From: an uncultured Verrucomicrobiae bacterium
GTDB lineage: Bacteria > Verrucomicrobiota > Verrucomicrobiia > Chthoniobacterales > JAATET01
NCBI GenBank assembly: GCA_963719495.1
Contig: CAVRCI010000013.1
Location: 320,001-384,000, forward strand
Length of the DNA: 64,000 nt
Reading direction: 5' to 3'
A model generated the notes under the pieces. That model saw only the letters and a program-made list of their open reading frames with translations. It was not told the DNA's origin and made no database searches. Shown here piece after piece: positions 37,423 through 47,806 of the stretch. The first letter of the stretch is position 1; every line of letters starts with the position of its first letter. Both the position numbers and the translations under genes were made by a program.

Positions 37423-39350
37423 TTAGAGTTTGGTTGATTCCACGCCGAGGGTCTTGGCCTGGTGGAGGAGGTTTCCCAAGAAGGTGCGCTGCTCGAGGTC
37501 GTCGGTTTGGGCGATGAGCTTGCCAAGGGCGGCGGCGATGGTGAGGTTTTTCACGTCTTCGGTCTTGATGCCGAACTTTTTGATCAGGCCGTCGAGTTGG
37601 GCGCGGAAGTCGTCGGGGTCACCGGTGAGGAAGGTGTCTCGCACGTTGGTTAAGGTGCGGCTGTTGTCGACGAGGCGGTCGATGGCTTTGCCGTTCGTGA
37701 TCGCGCTGGTGATGCGGTCGAAGAATTGGGCTTCGCCTCCGACGATGTCGATTTTGGCGTATTTGAGGGCTTCGCCCAGGACGTAGGCCTGGTGCTCGGC
37801 GATGTCTTTGCGGACGTGGATGTTCGCCAGCTCGATCTCTTTTTCCTTTTCGAGTTCGAGTTTGAATTCCTCGTGCTCGCGGCCGACTCCGTCGAGGGCC
37901 TTCATGGACTCGGCTTTCTCGGCGATGCCTTTGGCCTCGGCGGCGTATTGCTTCTCGGCGGCGGCGGCTTTGGCCTCCATGACCTCGGCCTCCGCCAGGC
38001 CGCGGGCGGCTTCTTCGGCGCGGATGGCCTGGGTGAGGGTGCGGCGGGCTTCGGCTTGCTTGGTGGCGGCGGCTTGCTCCGCTTCGGCGGTGATGAGGAT
38101 CTCCTCGGCGTGCAGGGCGGCGGCTTGCTTGGAGGCTTCGGCGGCTTTGATGTCCTTGACGAGGGCTTGCTCGGCCAGCATCTCGGCGGCGGTGATCTCG
38201 ACCTTTTTCTTTCGGTCGGCGGCGGCGAAGGCTTCGGTGTCGTTGATTCGCTCCTGCTCTTCGACGGCGGCCTTTTCGACGACGAGGCGCTCGCGGATGA
38301 CGTCCTGGATGATCTTCTGCTCGGCTTCGACGGCTTTGTTCTTCTCGATGACCGCCAACTCGACGATGCGCTCGCGCTCGGTGACTTCGATGAGGCGGTC
38401 GCGCTCGACGCGCTCGGTCTCGATGGCGTCGGTGCGCTCCTTGTTCTTGCGGGCGACGATGACCTGGCGGGCTTTGTTTTCCTCGGCGATGGCGATTTCT
38501 TCCTCGGACTGGATGCGGGCTTGCTCGGAGCGGAGGAGTTGCTCGGCCTGGACCTTCTTGGATTCGGCCTGTTCGCGAGCGGTGACGATGGCGACTTCGC
38601 GGGCTTGTTTTTCCTCGGCTTCTTTTTGTTGGCGCTCGAGTTCGAGGATGGCTTCGCGGGCTTCGACGTCCTGCTGCTTGATGGTCTTCTCACGGTCGCG
38701 GTCGATGCGGTTGGCGAGGACCTTTTGGGCGGCCGTCAGCTCGGTGATCTTCTTGATGCCCTCGGAGTCGAGGATGTTGTCGGGGTTGAGGAGGTTGAGG
38801 GGGTCTGCTCGAGGTAATCGATGGCGACGTCTTCGAGGACGAAGCCGTTGAGGTCGTTGCCGATGAGCTTGATGATGTCGTCCTTGAGGAGCTCGCGGGA
38901 GTTATAGAGTTCGACGAACTCGAACTGGCGGCCGACCGTTTTGAGAGCTTCCGAGAAATTGGCGTCAAAGAGTTCGATCATGGCCTCCTGACTGGAGGCG
39001 CGGACGCAGCCGATGGATTGGGCGACTTTGAGGACGTCCTGGCTGGTCTGGTTGACGCGGACGAAGAAGGCGACCTTGATGTCGGCGCGCATGTTGTCCT
39101 TGCAGATGAGTCCGAACTGGCCGTGGCGGTCGATTTCGACGCGCTTGACGGAGATGTCGATGAACTCGGCCTTGTGAATGACCGGGAGGACGACGATGCC
39201 AGAGAACGCGACCTTGGTGCCGCCGAGGCAGTTGCGGACGAGGGCCTGGCCGTGGTCGACCTTCCGGTAGCACCGGACGATCATGATGATGAATCCGAAG
39301 AGGACTAAGAGGACGAATGCGCCGATGAGGACGCCGAGTGAAGTGATCAT
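37423..39350 (-). pseudogene. Flotillin/SPFH (YqiK-like) protein with a single frameshift (possibly an assembly error)
   Basis: N-terminal TM, SPFH motif GLICKDNMRADIKVAFFVRVN and AEA-rich coiled coil. One extra G in the G5 run 38799-38803 restores EQTPLNLLNPDNILDSEGIKKIT. Confidence 0.82.
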
Positions 39351-39378
39351 GGTGAGTGGAAGGGTTATTGGTTGGTGG

Positions 39379-39963
39379 TTATTGGTCTAGGCTGGATGCG
39401 GTGACGGGGCGGACGAGGTAAGTGCTGGTCGCCGGGTCGCCGCTGACGATGAGGGCGGTGGTGCCGAGGGGGAGGCTGGTGCCGTCGTGGGTGCGGATCT
39501 GGACGGTGAGCGGCGCGCCGTCGGAGGCGACTTCGCCCTGGCCGTAGGTGGCGTTGGCTTCGCGGGTGCGGACGACGCAGGTCTGGCCGACGAGGGTGCG
39601 GTCGGTGGGATTCGGGGCGTTGAGGAGGCGGAAGACGCCGCGCAGGGGCATCGTGGCGTAGCGGGTGACGACGGTGCTGATGAGGAAGGCGGGGACGAGG
39701 TAGCCGAGTCCGAGGAGGATGGAGGCGGACGGGTTGAGGTAGGTATTCGCCAGGATGCCGCAGACCCACGTGGTGAGGTTGAGGGTGGAGAGGATGACGA
39801 GGAGTGGGACTTCGCCGACGTTGAGGAAATGGAGGTAGCTGCCGAGGGGGCCGGGGGTGGCGTCGAGTTCGGCGTCGGCGTCGGAGAGGTCGAAGATGCC
39901 GAAGCTGACGAGGATCCAATAGCCGGCCAGGCCGAGGAGGATGACGGTGAACGGGAGGGTCAC
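39379..39963 (-). CDS. YqiJ-like membrane protein with C-terminal OB-fold (NfeD-like)
   Basis: Three TM segments, LNVGEVP motif and beta-rich C-terminus, located upstream of the flotillin. Start uncertain. Confidence 0.72.
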   Translation of the reverse strand: MTLPFTVILLGLAGYWILVSFGIFDLSDADAELDATPGPLGSYLHFLNVGEVPLLVILSTLNLTTWVCGILANTYLNPSASILLGLGYLVPAFLISTVVTRYATMPLRGVFRLLNAPNPTDRTLVGQTCVVRTREANATYGQGEVASDGAPLTVQIRTHDGTSLPLGTTALIVSGDPATSTYLVRPVTASSLDQ

Positions 39964-40118
39964 CGGGAAGAGGGAGGCGGTGAGGAGTTCGGTCTTAGCG
40001 TTTTCGGTTTTAAGCGGGATAGGTGGTTTGTGCTTTTTAAATTTTCGTGTTTTTTTTCAGCACTTTTGGGGTGGGGCGTGGAGGGTGAGGGGTTTGACGC
40101 TTCGCGTTTGGGGAGGAG

Positions 40119-40166
40119 GCTCCGAGCTGGAAGCTCGAAGCGGCGGGCTGGAAGCCCGCGGTCCCC
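40119..40166 (-). repeat. Copy of the alaS-associated double-hairpin REP
   Basis: Reverse complement reads GGGGACCGCGGGCTTCCAGCCCGCCGCTTCGAGCTTCCAGCTCGGAGC. Confidence 0.85.
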
Positions 40167-40215
40167 GGCGCTGCGCGCTTGTGAAGGTGAGGATTTTGTG
40201 GGTTTGCTGACCTTT

Positions 40216-40716
40216 ATGCAGGATTCGCACGTGGTGCTGAGGGAGGCTTTCGAGGTCGTGGGGCCGAAGGCGATTGCGGCGGAACTCGGGGTGTCGCTTT
40301 CCATCGTTTATAAATGGATGCAGGTGGCTGGGGAGGGGCAGAGCGGGACGAAGAATCCGCTGGATCGGATTGCCGTCGTGATGCGGCTGACGAAGGATCC
40401 GACGATCGTTCAGTGGCTCTGTCACCAGGCGGGGGGGGTTTACGTGGAGGATCCGAATGGGGGTGGCGTTTGCCAGGAGCTGATTCCGGCGACGACGGAG
40501 ATCATTCAGAAATTTGCCGACATGATGTCGGTCATCGCGACGGCGGCGGCGGACGGGCAGATTTCGGAGGTGGAATCGCGCGGGGTGCGTCAGCGTTGGG
40601 TGGAGCTGAAGACGGTGACGGAGGGGTTCGTGCGGTGCTGCGAGCAGGGGCACTTCGGACCGCTGCGGGAGGCGACGCGGAAGCCGCTGAAGGAGATCGA
40701 GGGGGAGTTGTGCTAG
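40216..40716 (+). CDS. Phage regulatory CII-like HTH protein
   Basis: KAIAAELGVSLSIVYKW HTH, NPLDR and AAADGQISEVE motifs. Confidence 0.7.
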   Translation: MQDSHVVLREAFEVVGPKAIAAELGVSLSIVYKWMQVAGEGQSGTKNPLDRIAVVMRLTKDPTIVQWLCHQAGGVYVEDPNGGGVCQELIPATTEIIQKFADMMSVIATAAADGQISEVESRGVRQRWVELKTVTEGFVRCCEQGHFGPLREATRKPLKEIEGELC

Positions 40717-40916
40717 GCGGCGGGCGCGGCGGAGGGGGACTCCTTTGAATAAGCGCTAAACTGGCGGGCTCGATCGTTGAGAAGCTCGATGACGGCGATT
40801 TTTTTCGCAAAGGGAAGGGCGCGAAATTTGCGGTGTTGATCGAGGCGCGCTCCCTCGAACGTGCAGGTCGACCAGTCGATGGTGGGGTCCGTGAAAAGAT
40901 CAGCGTCGGTTTTCAT
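40713..40916 (-). CDS. Small hypothetical protein coupled to the nucleotidyltransferase
   Basis: 67-aa ORF overlapping the end of the upstream gene. Confidence 0.6.
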   Translation of the reverse strand: MKTDADLFTDPTIDWSTCTFEGARLDQHRKFRALPFAKKIAVIELLNDRARQFSAYSKESPSAAPAA

Positions 40917-41416
40917 AGCTTCCGTCTCGAATGAACTCCAATTCCTCGACGTCGGCAAGGTCGCGCTGGCGACCGGCGGAGCGCTTCATCGCGAGAAGTG
41001 AATCGAATTGGAGGAAGCGCACCGGGATGTCGGTGTCGACCTGTTGGATGAAGGCGGCGGTGTATTCCGCTTCGAAGTCGAATGGCTCGGTGACGAAAAT
41101 ATCAAGCGGACTGTGTTGGTGCCGATCGCTCCAGAATTTGAGCACGATCATGTGCTTTTCGAGTCGGAGACGCTCGCGGGTTTCCGCGTTGCCAAATTGC
41201 TCGGCGCTGACCGGAACAGCGGGATGGTAGTCGACGGAATCGAGGGCGGCGAATGCTCGCGCGACAGTTTCGGAATCGAGTCGGATGACCACGTCGGATG
41301 TCGTCGGTGAGGCGTCCGTAGCCATGAGCCACAACGGCTAAACCGCCGACGACTATGAATCGAACGTCGGCGTCGTGAAGCGCTCTGGCGACGGCATAAA
41401 AAGCGTTCGTGATCAT
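40900..41416 (-). pseudogene. Nucleotidyltransferase-fold protein with a +1 frameshift
   Basis: VVGGLAVVAHG..RLTDDI/DVVI DxD motif broken by an extra base at 41296-41297. C-terminal MKRSAGRQRDLADVEEL motif. Confidence 0.75.
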
Positions 41417-41422
41417 CGGTGA

Positions 41423-43708
41423 TCAATGCGCCATCAGATCGCCGATGGTGTCGGCCCAGGCGTGGTGGAGGTCGGCGAGGGGCCAGACGTGCGGCGTGTC
41501 GCCGACGGTGATCTCGAGGGTGTTGGCGGCGGTGACGGTGCCGATTTTTTGGGCGGGGACACCGGTGGTGGCGAGGTGCGCGAGGGCTTCGTCGGCGTGG
41601 GTGGGGTCGACGGAGATGACGATGCGGGATTGGGTTTCGCTGAAGAGGGTGACGAGGGGCGGGTGGCTGGTGGCGAGGGCGAGGCTCGCACCGAGGGGCG
41701 CGGGGGCGGCGCTGAAGCAGCTTTCGGCGAGCGTGACGGCGAGGCCGCCTTCGCTGCAATCGTGGGCGCTGGCGACCAGGCCCTTTTGGATGAGGTCGCG
41801 GAGGGCGTCGTGCAAAGCGATTTCTTTGGCGTAGTCCATCGCGGGAGGTGGCCCCATTTTTTCGCCGTGGAGAACTTTGAGGTAGTGGCTCGCGCCCATG
41901 CCTTGGGCGGGGGTGTCTTCGATGAGGTCGCCGAGGAGGAGGATGAGGTCGCCGGGCTTTTTGAAGGCTTGGGTGGTGACGTGGGCGGGGTCGGCGATGA
42001 GGCCGACCATGCCGACGGTGGGCGTGGGGTCGATGGCCCCGGCGGGGTTTTCGTTGTAGAGGCTGACGTTGCCGCCGGTGACGGGGACGTCGAAGGCGTG
42101 ACAACCTTCGGCGAGGCCTTCGACGGCTTCGCGGAGTTGGAAGAAATTCTCGGGTTTGTGGGGGTTGCCGAAGTTGAGATTGTCGGTGACCGCGAGCGGG
42201 ACGGCGCCGGAGCAGGCGAGGTTGCGGGCGGCTTCGGCGATGGCGATGCGGGCGCCTTCGCGGGGATCTTGGCGGCAGTAAATCGCGTTGCAGTCGGTGG
42301 TGGCGGCGAGGATTTTGTCGCACTCGCGGACGTGGAAGACGGCAGCGTCGGAGCCGGGGAGGACGGTGCCGCCGAGGCGGACCATGTGGTCGTATTGACG
42401 CCAGACCCAGCGCTTGCTGGCGATACTGGGATCGGCGAGTAATGCGGTGAGGGTTTTAACCGCGGATGGCGCGGATGGTGCGGATGTGAGGGAATGCAAT
42501 TCATCCGCGAAATCTGCGTAATCCGCGGTTCCCTTGGATGCTTCCCTCGAATACAGCGGTGCTTCGTCGGCGAGTTGGCGGGCGGGGATTTCGACGACCG
42601 TTTCGGTGCCGACTTTGACGCGCATCATCCTGTCGTCCTTGACTTCGCCGACCTGGGCGTAGGGGAGGTCCCACTTTTCGAAGATGTCGCGGACCGTCTG
42701 TTCTTCGCCTTTGTTGACGATGACGAGCATGCGCTCCTGGCTTTCGCTGAGGAGGATTTCGTAGGGGGTCATTCCGGTCTCGCGCTTGGGGACGAGGTCG
42801 AGGTCGATCTCGACGCCGGTGCCGCCGCGGCTGGCGGTCTCGCACGTCGAGCAAGTGAGGCCGGCGGCTCCCATGTCCTGAATACCGGCGACGCAGCCGC
42901 TGGCGAGGAGTTCGAGGCAGGCTTCGAGGAGGAGCTTCTCGCGGAAGGGGTCGCCGACCTGGACGGCGGGGCGGTCCTGCTTGGATTCTTCGGTGAGTTC
43001 GCGGCTTGCAAAGGCGGCTCCGGCGAGGCCGTCGCGACCGGTTTCGGCGCCGACGTAAAAGACGGGGTTGCCGATGCCGACGGCACCGCCGCGGGCGATC
43101 TGGTCGTGGCGGAGGACGCCGAGGTTGAAGACGTTGACGAGGGGGTTGCCGGCGTAGGATTCGTCGAAGTAGATCTCGCCGCCGACGGTGGGGATGCCGA
43201 TACAGTTGCCATAGTGGGCGATGCCGCTCACCACTCCGGCGAATAGGCGGCGGTTGGCGGCGGCGGAGGATGTGATTGGTGACTGGTGATTGGTGATGGG
43301 TGGGTTGTTGATGGGGCCGAACCGGAGGGAGTTCATGGAGAAGACCGGGCGGGCTCCCATGGTGAAGATATCGCGGATGATGCCGCCGACGCCGGTGGCC
43401 GCGCCTTGGAAGGGTTCGACGGCGCTGGGGTGGTTGTGACTCTCCATTTTGAACGCGATGGCCCAGCCATCGCCGATGTCGATGACGCCGGCGTTTTCCT
43501 CGCCAGCTTTGACGAGGACGCGGTCGCCGGTGGTGGGGAACTTCTTCAGCTCGAGCTTCGAGTTTTTGTAGGAGCAATGCTCGCTCCACATGACGGAGAA
43601 GACGCCGAGTTCCGTGAAGTTCGGGGCGCGACCGAGGATGGACTCGATGCGGTCGTATTCTTCGGGCGTGATGCCGTGCTTGGCGATGATCTCGGGAGTG
43701 ATTTTCAA
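41423..43708 (-). CDS. purL: Phosphoribosylformylglycinamidine synthase subunit PurL
   Basis: [31 protein letters not shown] and GGNVSLYN motifs. Confidence 0.97.
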   Translation of the reverse strand: MKITPEIIAKHGITPEEYDRIESILGRAPNFTELGVFSVMWSEHCSYKNSKLELKKFPTTGDRVLVKAGEENAGVIDIGDGWAIAFKMESHNHPSAVEPFQGAATGVGGIIRDIFTMGARPVFSMNSLRFGPINNPPITNHQSPITSSAAANRRLFAGVVSGIAHYGNCIGIPTVGGEIYFDESYAGNPLVNVFNLGVLRHDQIARGGAVGIGNPVFYVGAETGRDGLAGAAFASRELTEESKQDRPAVQVGDPFREKLLLEACLELLASGCVAGIQDMGAAGLTCSTCETASRGGTGVEIDLDLVPKRETGMTPYEILLSESQERMLVIVNKGEEQTVRDIFEKWDLPYAQVGEVKDDRMMRVKVGTETVVEIPARQLADEAPLYSREASKGTADYADFADELHSLTSAPSAPSAVKTLTALLADPSIASKRWVWRQYDHMVRLGGTVLPGSDAAVFHVRECDKILAATTDCNAIYCRQDPREGARIAIAEAARNLACSGAVPLAVTDNLNFGNPHKPENFFQLREAVEGLAEGCHAFDVPVTGGNVSLYNENPAGAIDPTPTVGMVGLIADPAHVTTQAFKKPGDLILLLGDLIEDTPAQGMGASHYLKVLHGEKMGPPPAMDYAKEIALHDALRDLIQKGLVASAHDCSEGGLAVTLAESCFSAAPAPLGASLALATSHPPLVTLFSETQSRIVISVDPTHADEALAHLATTGVPAQKIGTVTAANTLEITVGDTPHVWPLADLHHAWADTIGDLMAH

Positions 43709-43746
43709 CGAATTGGAAATTTGAAATGCGGACTGAGAAATGGCGA

Positions 43747-44427
43747 TCAGGCCAGGAGGCTTTCGAAGATGTTGCGGCCGTCGGTGCCGCCGAGATCGGC
43801 GTGGCAGGCTCGCTCGGGGTGGGGCATGAGGCCGAAGACGTTGCGGGCTTCGTTCGTGATGCCGGCGATGTGGCGGCGGGAGCCGTTGGGGTTGGCGTCG
43901 TCGGTGGTGCGTCCGCGTTCGTCGCAGTAGCGGAGGACGACCTGGCTGTGGTGGTCGAGGTCGTCGAGGGTGGCCTCGTCGGCGAAGTAACAGCCTTCGC
44001 CGTGGGCGATGGGGAGGCGGAGGACCTGGCCGGTTTTACAGGTCTTCGTGAATGGGGTGTCGTAGAGTTCGACGCGGACGTGGCGGTGCTCGCAGATGAA
44101 GTGGAGGTCGCGGTTGCGGACGAGGGCACCGGGGAGGAGGCCGGCTTCGCAGAGGATCTGGAAGCCGTTGCAGATGCCGATGACAAGGCCGCCGGCTTCG
44201 GCGTGCGTCTTGACGGCGGCCATGATGGGGGAGAAGCGGGCGATGGCTCCGCAGCGGAGGTAATCGCCGTAGGAGAAGCCGCCGGGGACGATGACCGCGT
44301 CGGCGTCGCCGAGGCTGGTTTCCTTGTGCCAGCGGAGGTCGGCGGCGAGGCCGGGGACCGTGGGGATGGCGCGGAGGACGTCCTGGTCGCAGTTCGAGCC
44401 GGGGAATTGGAGAACGGCTAGTTTCAT
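43747..44427 (-). CDS. purQ: FGAM synthase subunit PurQ
   Basis: [25 protein letters not shown] and MPHPER motifs. Confidence 0.97.
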   Translation of the reverse strand: MKLAVLQFPGSNCDQDVLRAIPTVPGLAADLRWHKETSLGDADAVIVPGGFSYGDYLRCGAIARFSPIMAAVKTHAEAGGLVIGICNGFQILCEAGLLPGALVRNRDLHFICEHRHVRVELYDTPFTKTCKTGQVLRLPIAHGEGCYFADEATLDDLDHHSQVVLRYCDERGRTTDDANPNGSRRHIAGITNEARNVFGLMPHPERACHADLGGTDGRNIFESLLA

Positions 44428-44477
44428 GAGGTTTGAACCGCGAATGGACGCGAATGGACGCGAATGGTGAGTCTCAT

Positions 44478-44708
44478 TTAGCTGATGATTTCCAACGTGT
44501 AGTCCTCAATGACTGGGTTGGAGAGGAGGTCTCGGGCGATTTCGTGGAGTTTGGCTTCGTCGGCTGCTCCGATGTCGATTTCGATGATGCGGCCGACGCG
44601 GACCCGGCCGACGCCGGGGAGGCCGAGGTGTTCCATCGCGGGGACGAGGGCGGCGCCCTGCGGATCGAGGACGGTGGGCTTGGGTAGGACGGTGACGAGA
44701 GCTTTCAT
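44478..44708 (-). CDS. purS: FGAM synthase subunit PurS
   Basis: VLDPQG and [10 protein letters not shown] motifs. Confidence 0.93.
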   Translation of the reverse strand: MKALVTVLPKPTVLDPQGAALVPAMEHLGLPGVGRVRVGRIIEIDIGAADEAKLHEIARDLLSNPVIEDYTLEIIS

Positions 44709-46345
44709 CGGGTGGAGTGTGGTGGGTCGGCGCTCGGAAGACGAGTTAGAGGTTTGCGGTGCCGGACGAGCCGGGTGCGGAGGGAGAGGATGGTGACGAA
44801 GAGACAGCCGATTGAAAAGATTTCGCCGTAGCGACTGTAGAACGTGAGGGGTGGCTTGATCGGGACCTGGATTTCGTTGGCGAGGACGCCCTCGATGAAG
44901 GTGCTGCCGGAGACGGGGTCGGCGAGGATACTGGTGACGCGGCCGAGGCGGTCGATGAAGCAGGTGACGCCGGTGTTGGCGGCCCGGACGAGCGGGAGCT
45001 TGGTCTCGACGGCGCGGAAGACGGCGTTGGCGAGGTGCTGGTGGGAGCCGGCGCTTTGGCGGAACCAGCCGTCGTTCGTGATGGTGACGAGGAGTTCGGC
45101 TCCGCGGATGGCGAATTGGCGGGTGAGGTCGCCGACGGTGTCTTCGAAGCAAATGAGCGGCGCGACTTTGATCGGCCACGAGCGGAGGGTGAAAACGACG
45201 GGCTCGGTGCCGGCGGTGAAATCGCTGGGGACGAGGTCGCCGACGATCCACGCGAAGAGCGGGAAGGTGTGGCGGAAGGGGACGTATTCGCCGAACGGGA
45301 CGAGGTGGATCTTGTGGTAGAGCTGGATCGAGCCGGAGGGTGCGAGGGACACAGCGGAGTTGTAGCCGCCCTCGTGGTCGTAGTGAATGGTGCCGAGGAG
45401 GAAGTCGCCGTGGAATTTGGTCAGCGTGGCGGCGGCCATTTGTTTCATGTCCTCGTCGAGCAGGAGCGGTCGCGGCGTCGAGGCTTCGGGCCAGATGAGG
45501 AGGTTGGGCTGGCCGAGGACGGCGACGTCGGTGAGTCGCTCGTAGGTGTCGAGGATGTGGTTCTCGAACTCGTCGTCCCATTTCTGGTCCTGCGGGATGT
45601 TCGCCTGGACGGCGGCGATCTTGACGGCGACTTTTTCGCCGGGGGCCGGGGTGTAGTAATGGTGGACGCCGTAGGCGAAGGCGGCGGCGATGAGACCGAC
45701 GGTGAGCGTGAAGTCGTAGTGCGGTCGGAGGCGGGTGCGCCCGACTTCGAGCTGGATGCGGCGAACGGTGATGACGGCCATGACGTTGGCCGCCATGACG
45801 AGAAACGAGACGCCGCCGACGCCGGTGATGTCGGCGATCTGGATGAGGGCGGTTTGTTCGTGGAGCGCGGTGCCGAGGTTGTTCCAGCCCCAGCCGGTAA
45901 ACAGGACGCCGCGGATCCATTCCAGGCCGACCCAGGCGGCGGACGCGCCGACCGTCACACGAAGATTTCGGAAGGAATCCAGGAACGGCGATGGCTCGGT
46001 CGGGCTTGGCGGCGCGATGGGCCGACCGATGAAGGCGAGATACGTCGCCCAGCACGCGGGGTAAAGTGCGAAGTAGAGGGAAACGAGGACCCAGCCGCCG
46101 ACGGTGACATTCGTCAGCCAACTGAAGGCGATCACGAAGAACGTGACTCCGAAGGTGAAGCCGAGGAGGAAGGGCTGGAGCCCGGCGCGGCGGGCGGGAC
46201 GGGGGCCGAACCAGACGGCGACGATGAGCGGGATGAGCGCGAGCCAGGCGAGCCACGCCTGGTCGAAGGGCGGGAACGCGAGGGCGAGGAGCAGGCCGCC
46301 GAGGGCTGCGGCCAGGTAGGGCCAGAGGCGGCGGAGAACGGTCAC
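44705..46345 (-). CDS. lnt: Apolipoprotein N-acyltransferase
   Basis: WPE, KIHLVPFGEY, ICFED, TNDGWF and RAANTG motifs. Confidence 0.95.
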   Translation of the reverse strand: MTVLRRLWPYLAAALGGLLLALAFPPFDQAWLAWLALIPLIVAVWFGPRPARRAGLQPFLLGFTFGVTFFVIAFSWLTNVTVGGWVLVSLYFALYPACWATYLAFIGRPIAPPSPTEPSPFLDSFRNLRVTVGASAAWVGLEWIRGVLFTGWGWNNLGTALHEQTALIQIADITGVGGVSFLVMAANVMAVITVRRIQLEVGRTRLRPHYDFTLTVGLIAAAFAYGVHHYYTPAPGEKVAVKIAAVQANIPQDQKWDDEFENHILDTYERLTDVAVLGQPNLLIWPEASTPRPLLLDEDMKQMAAATLTKFHGDFLLGTIHYDHEGGYNSAVSLAPSGSIQLYHKIHLVPFGEYVPFRHTFPLFAWIVGDLVPSDFTAGTEPVVFTLRSWPIKVAPLICFEDTVGDLTRQFAIRGAELLVTITNDGWFRQSAGSHQHLANAVFRAVETKLPLVRAANTGVTCFIDRLGRVTSILADPVSGSTFIEGVLANEIQVPIKPPLTFYSRYGEIFSIGCLFVTILSLRTRLVRHRKPLTRLPSADPPHSTR

Positions 46346-46376
46346 GAGGTGCGGATTTGAGGCTTCGCCTTGGGGT

Positions 46377-46405
46377 TGGTGATCGGCTGGAAGCCCGATG
46401 CCACC
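46377..46405 (-). repeat. REP-like hairpin of the 9392 family
   Basis: TGGTGATCGGCTGGAAGCCCGATGCCACC. Confidence 0.75.
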
Positions 46406-46409
46406 GGGT

Positions 46410-46781
46410 TTATTTCGGTGCGGTGGCGGAGTCGATGCTTACGGCGGCCGGGGCCGACGTTTCCGCGGTGTCTTCGGGCGGGGTGTGGTCGAGGACGATG
46501 ACCACGGAGTCGTCCGGGTTGACTGTCTCGATCATTCCGGTCATCCGCAGGCCAGGGAAGCTCGTGCTCGACACGATCGCGCCGGTGCCGACGACGAACG
46601 GGGTCGACCGCTCGTCGCGGTCGGGGAATTTTGCTTGGACGATCCATTGACCCTCGCGTCGGGAGAGCGTGGCGTCGGTCGTCGTTGGGTTGTCGGCGGA
46701 ATAGAACCACCACGTTCCGGCACCGAAGGCGACGGCGATGAGGACGATGAGGACAACGAGATTGGAGCCGGAGGATTTCAT
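46410..46781 (-). CDS. Hypothetical membrane-anchored protein
   Basis: ATG overlaps the upstream stop (ATGA). N-terminal TM helix. Confidence 0.65.
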   Translation of the reverse strand: MKSSGSNLVVLIVLIAVAFGAGTWWFYSADNPTTTDATLSRREGQWIVQAKFPDRDERSTPFVVGTGAIVSSTSFPGLRMTGMIETVNPDDSVVIVLDHTPPEDTAETSAPAAVSIDSATAPK

Positions 46782-47806
46782 TCTAGGTCGGTCGGGGTTT
46801 GGGTGAGCAGCGCGACGAGCCGCTGACCGGAGTCGGAGAGGACCGGGCTGCCCGCCGATCCGGTGATGATGTTTTTTGTCGCCCGGGAATACGGGACGCG
46901 GGAATCGCGGACGAAGAGGACTTGCGGTTCGGTGATGCGGACGGCGTAGGGTTCCACGCGGACGGGCGCGCCCTCGCGAGTGAAGGAGACGACCCAGGTG
47001 GGCGGGTTCGGGTTGACGCCTTCGAGCATCCACGGGTAGCGCTTCGCGAGCGTGAAGCCGGGGGCGGCCGGGATGGCGATCTTGTAGTAGATGGGCTGGG
47101 CGCGCAGGTAGTCGCCGAGGTTGAAGGTGGTGGGGTTCTCGCGGATGGCGAGCAGCAGGTCCGCGGGGTTGAAGCCGGCGAGGTTCTGGCCGTTGAAGTT
47201 CCCGTGCGGGTTCGCGTCGCCGCGATAAACGACGTCGTGCCATCCGTCGAAAAATTCCGACATCATGATGGCGAACTCGAAGTGGACGTGGGCGCGGGTG
47301 CGGTCGAGGCCGCGTCCGGAGTAACCCATGATCCCGAGCGTCTGGCCTTGGGCGACGCGTTCACCGTCGGCAACGGCGATGGACGCGAGGTGCGCGTAGA
47401 GAGTGTAGTATTTCGACCCATCGGCGACGTGCTCGACGACGACGTAGCGGCCGTAATTCGACCCACTGGGCGAGCTGCTGGCGTAGACGACCGTGCCGGT
47501 GGCGGCGGCCAGCACGGGGTCGAGCGGATTGCCGGACGGGTCGCGGCGGAGCGGCTTGATGTCGATCCCCTCGTGGACGCGGGTGTAGACGACGGTGCCA
47601 TCGGATTGGCTGGGATTCCGCACGAAGCCGTAGGAACCGCCCTCCCAAGGCTGCGACGTTTTTCCACCGAAGGTCCGGTCGACGTATTGATAGAACGCGT
47701 CGGGGCGCCCGGCGGTCAGCGCGCGGTTCTCCGTGGGGAAATCCAGCAGCAACCCGGCGCGGGCGGACAGGGTGACGGCGAGCAGGAGGACGATCGTGAG
47801 CCTCAC
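46778..47806 (-). CDS. M23 family metallopeptidase
   Basis: HEGIDI, YAHL and HVHFE zinc motifs, plus a signal peptide. Confidence 0.9.
   Translation of the reverse strand: MRLTIVLLLAVTLSARAGLLLDFPTENRALTAGRPDAFYQYVDRTFGGKTSQPWEGGSYGFVRNPSQSDGTVVYTRVHEGIDIKPLRRDPSGNPLDPVLAAATGTVVYASSSPSGSNYGRYVVVEHVADGSKYYTLYAHLASIAVADGERVAQGQTLGIMGYSGRGLDRTRAHVHFEFAIMMSEFFDGWHDVVYRGDANPHGNFNGQNLAGFNPADLLLAIRENPTTFNLGDYLRAQPIYYKIAIPAAPGFTLAKRYPWMLEGVNPNPPTWVVSFTREGAPVRVEPYAVRITEPQVLFVRDSRVPYSRATKNIITGSAGSPVLSDSGQRLVALLTQTPTDLE

Noticed and set aside
40216..41416. Prophage
   Set aside because: Only a lone CII-like gene. No integrase, capsid, terminase or tail genes.
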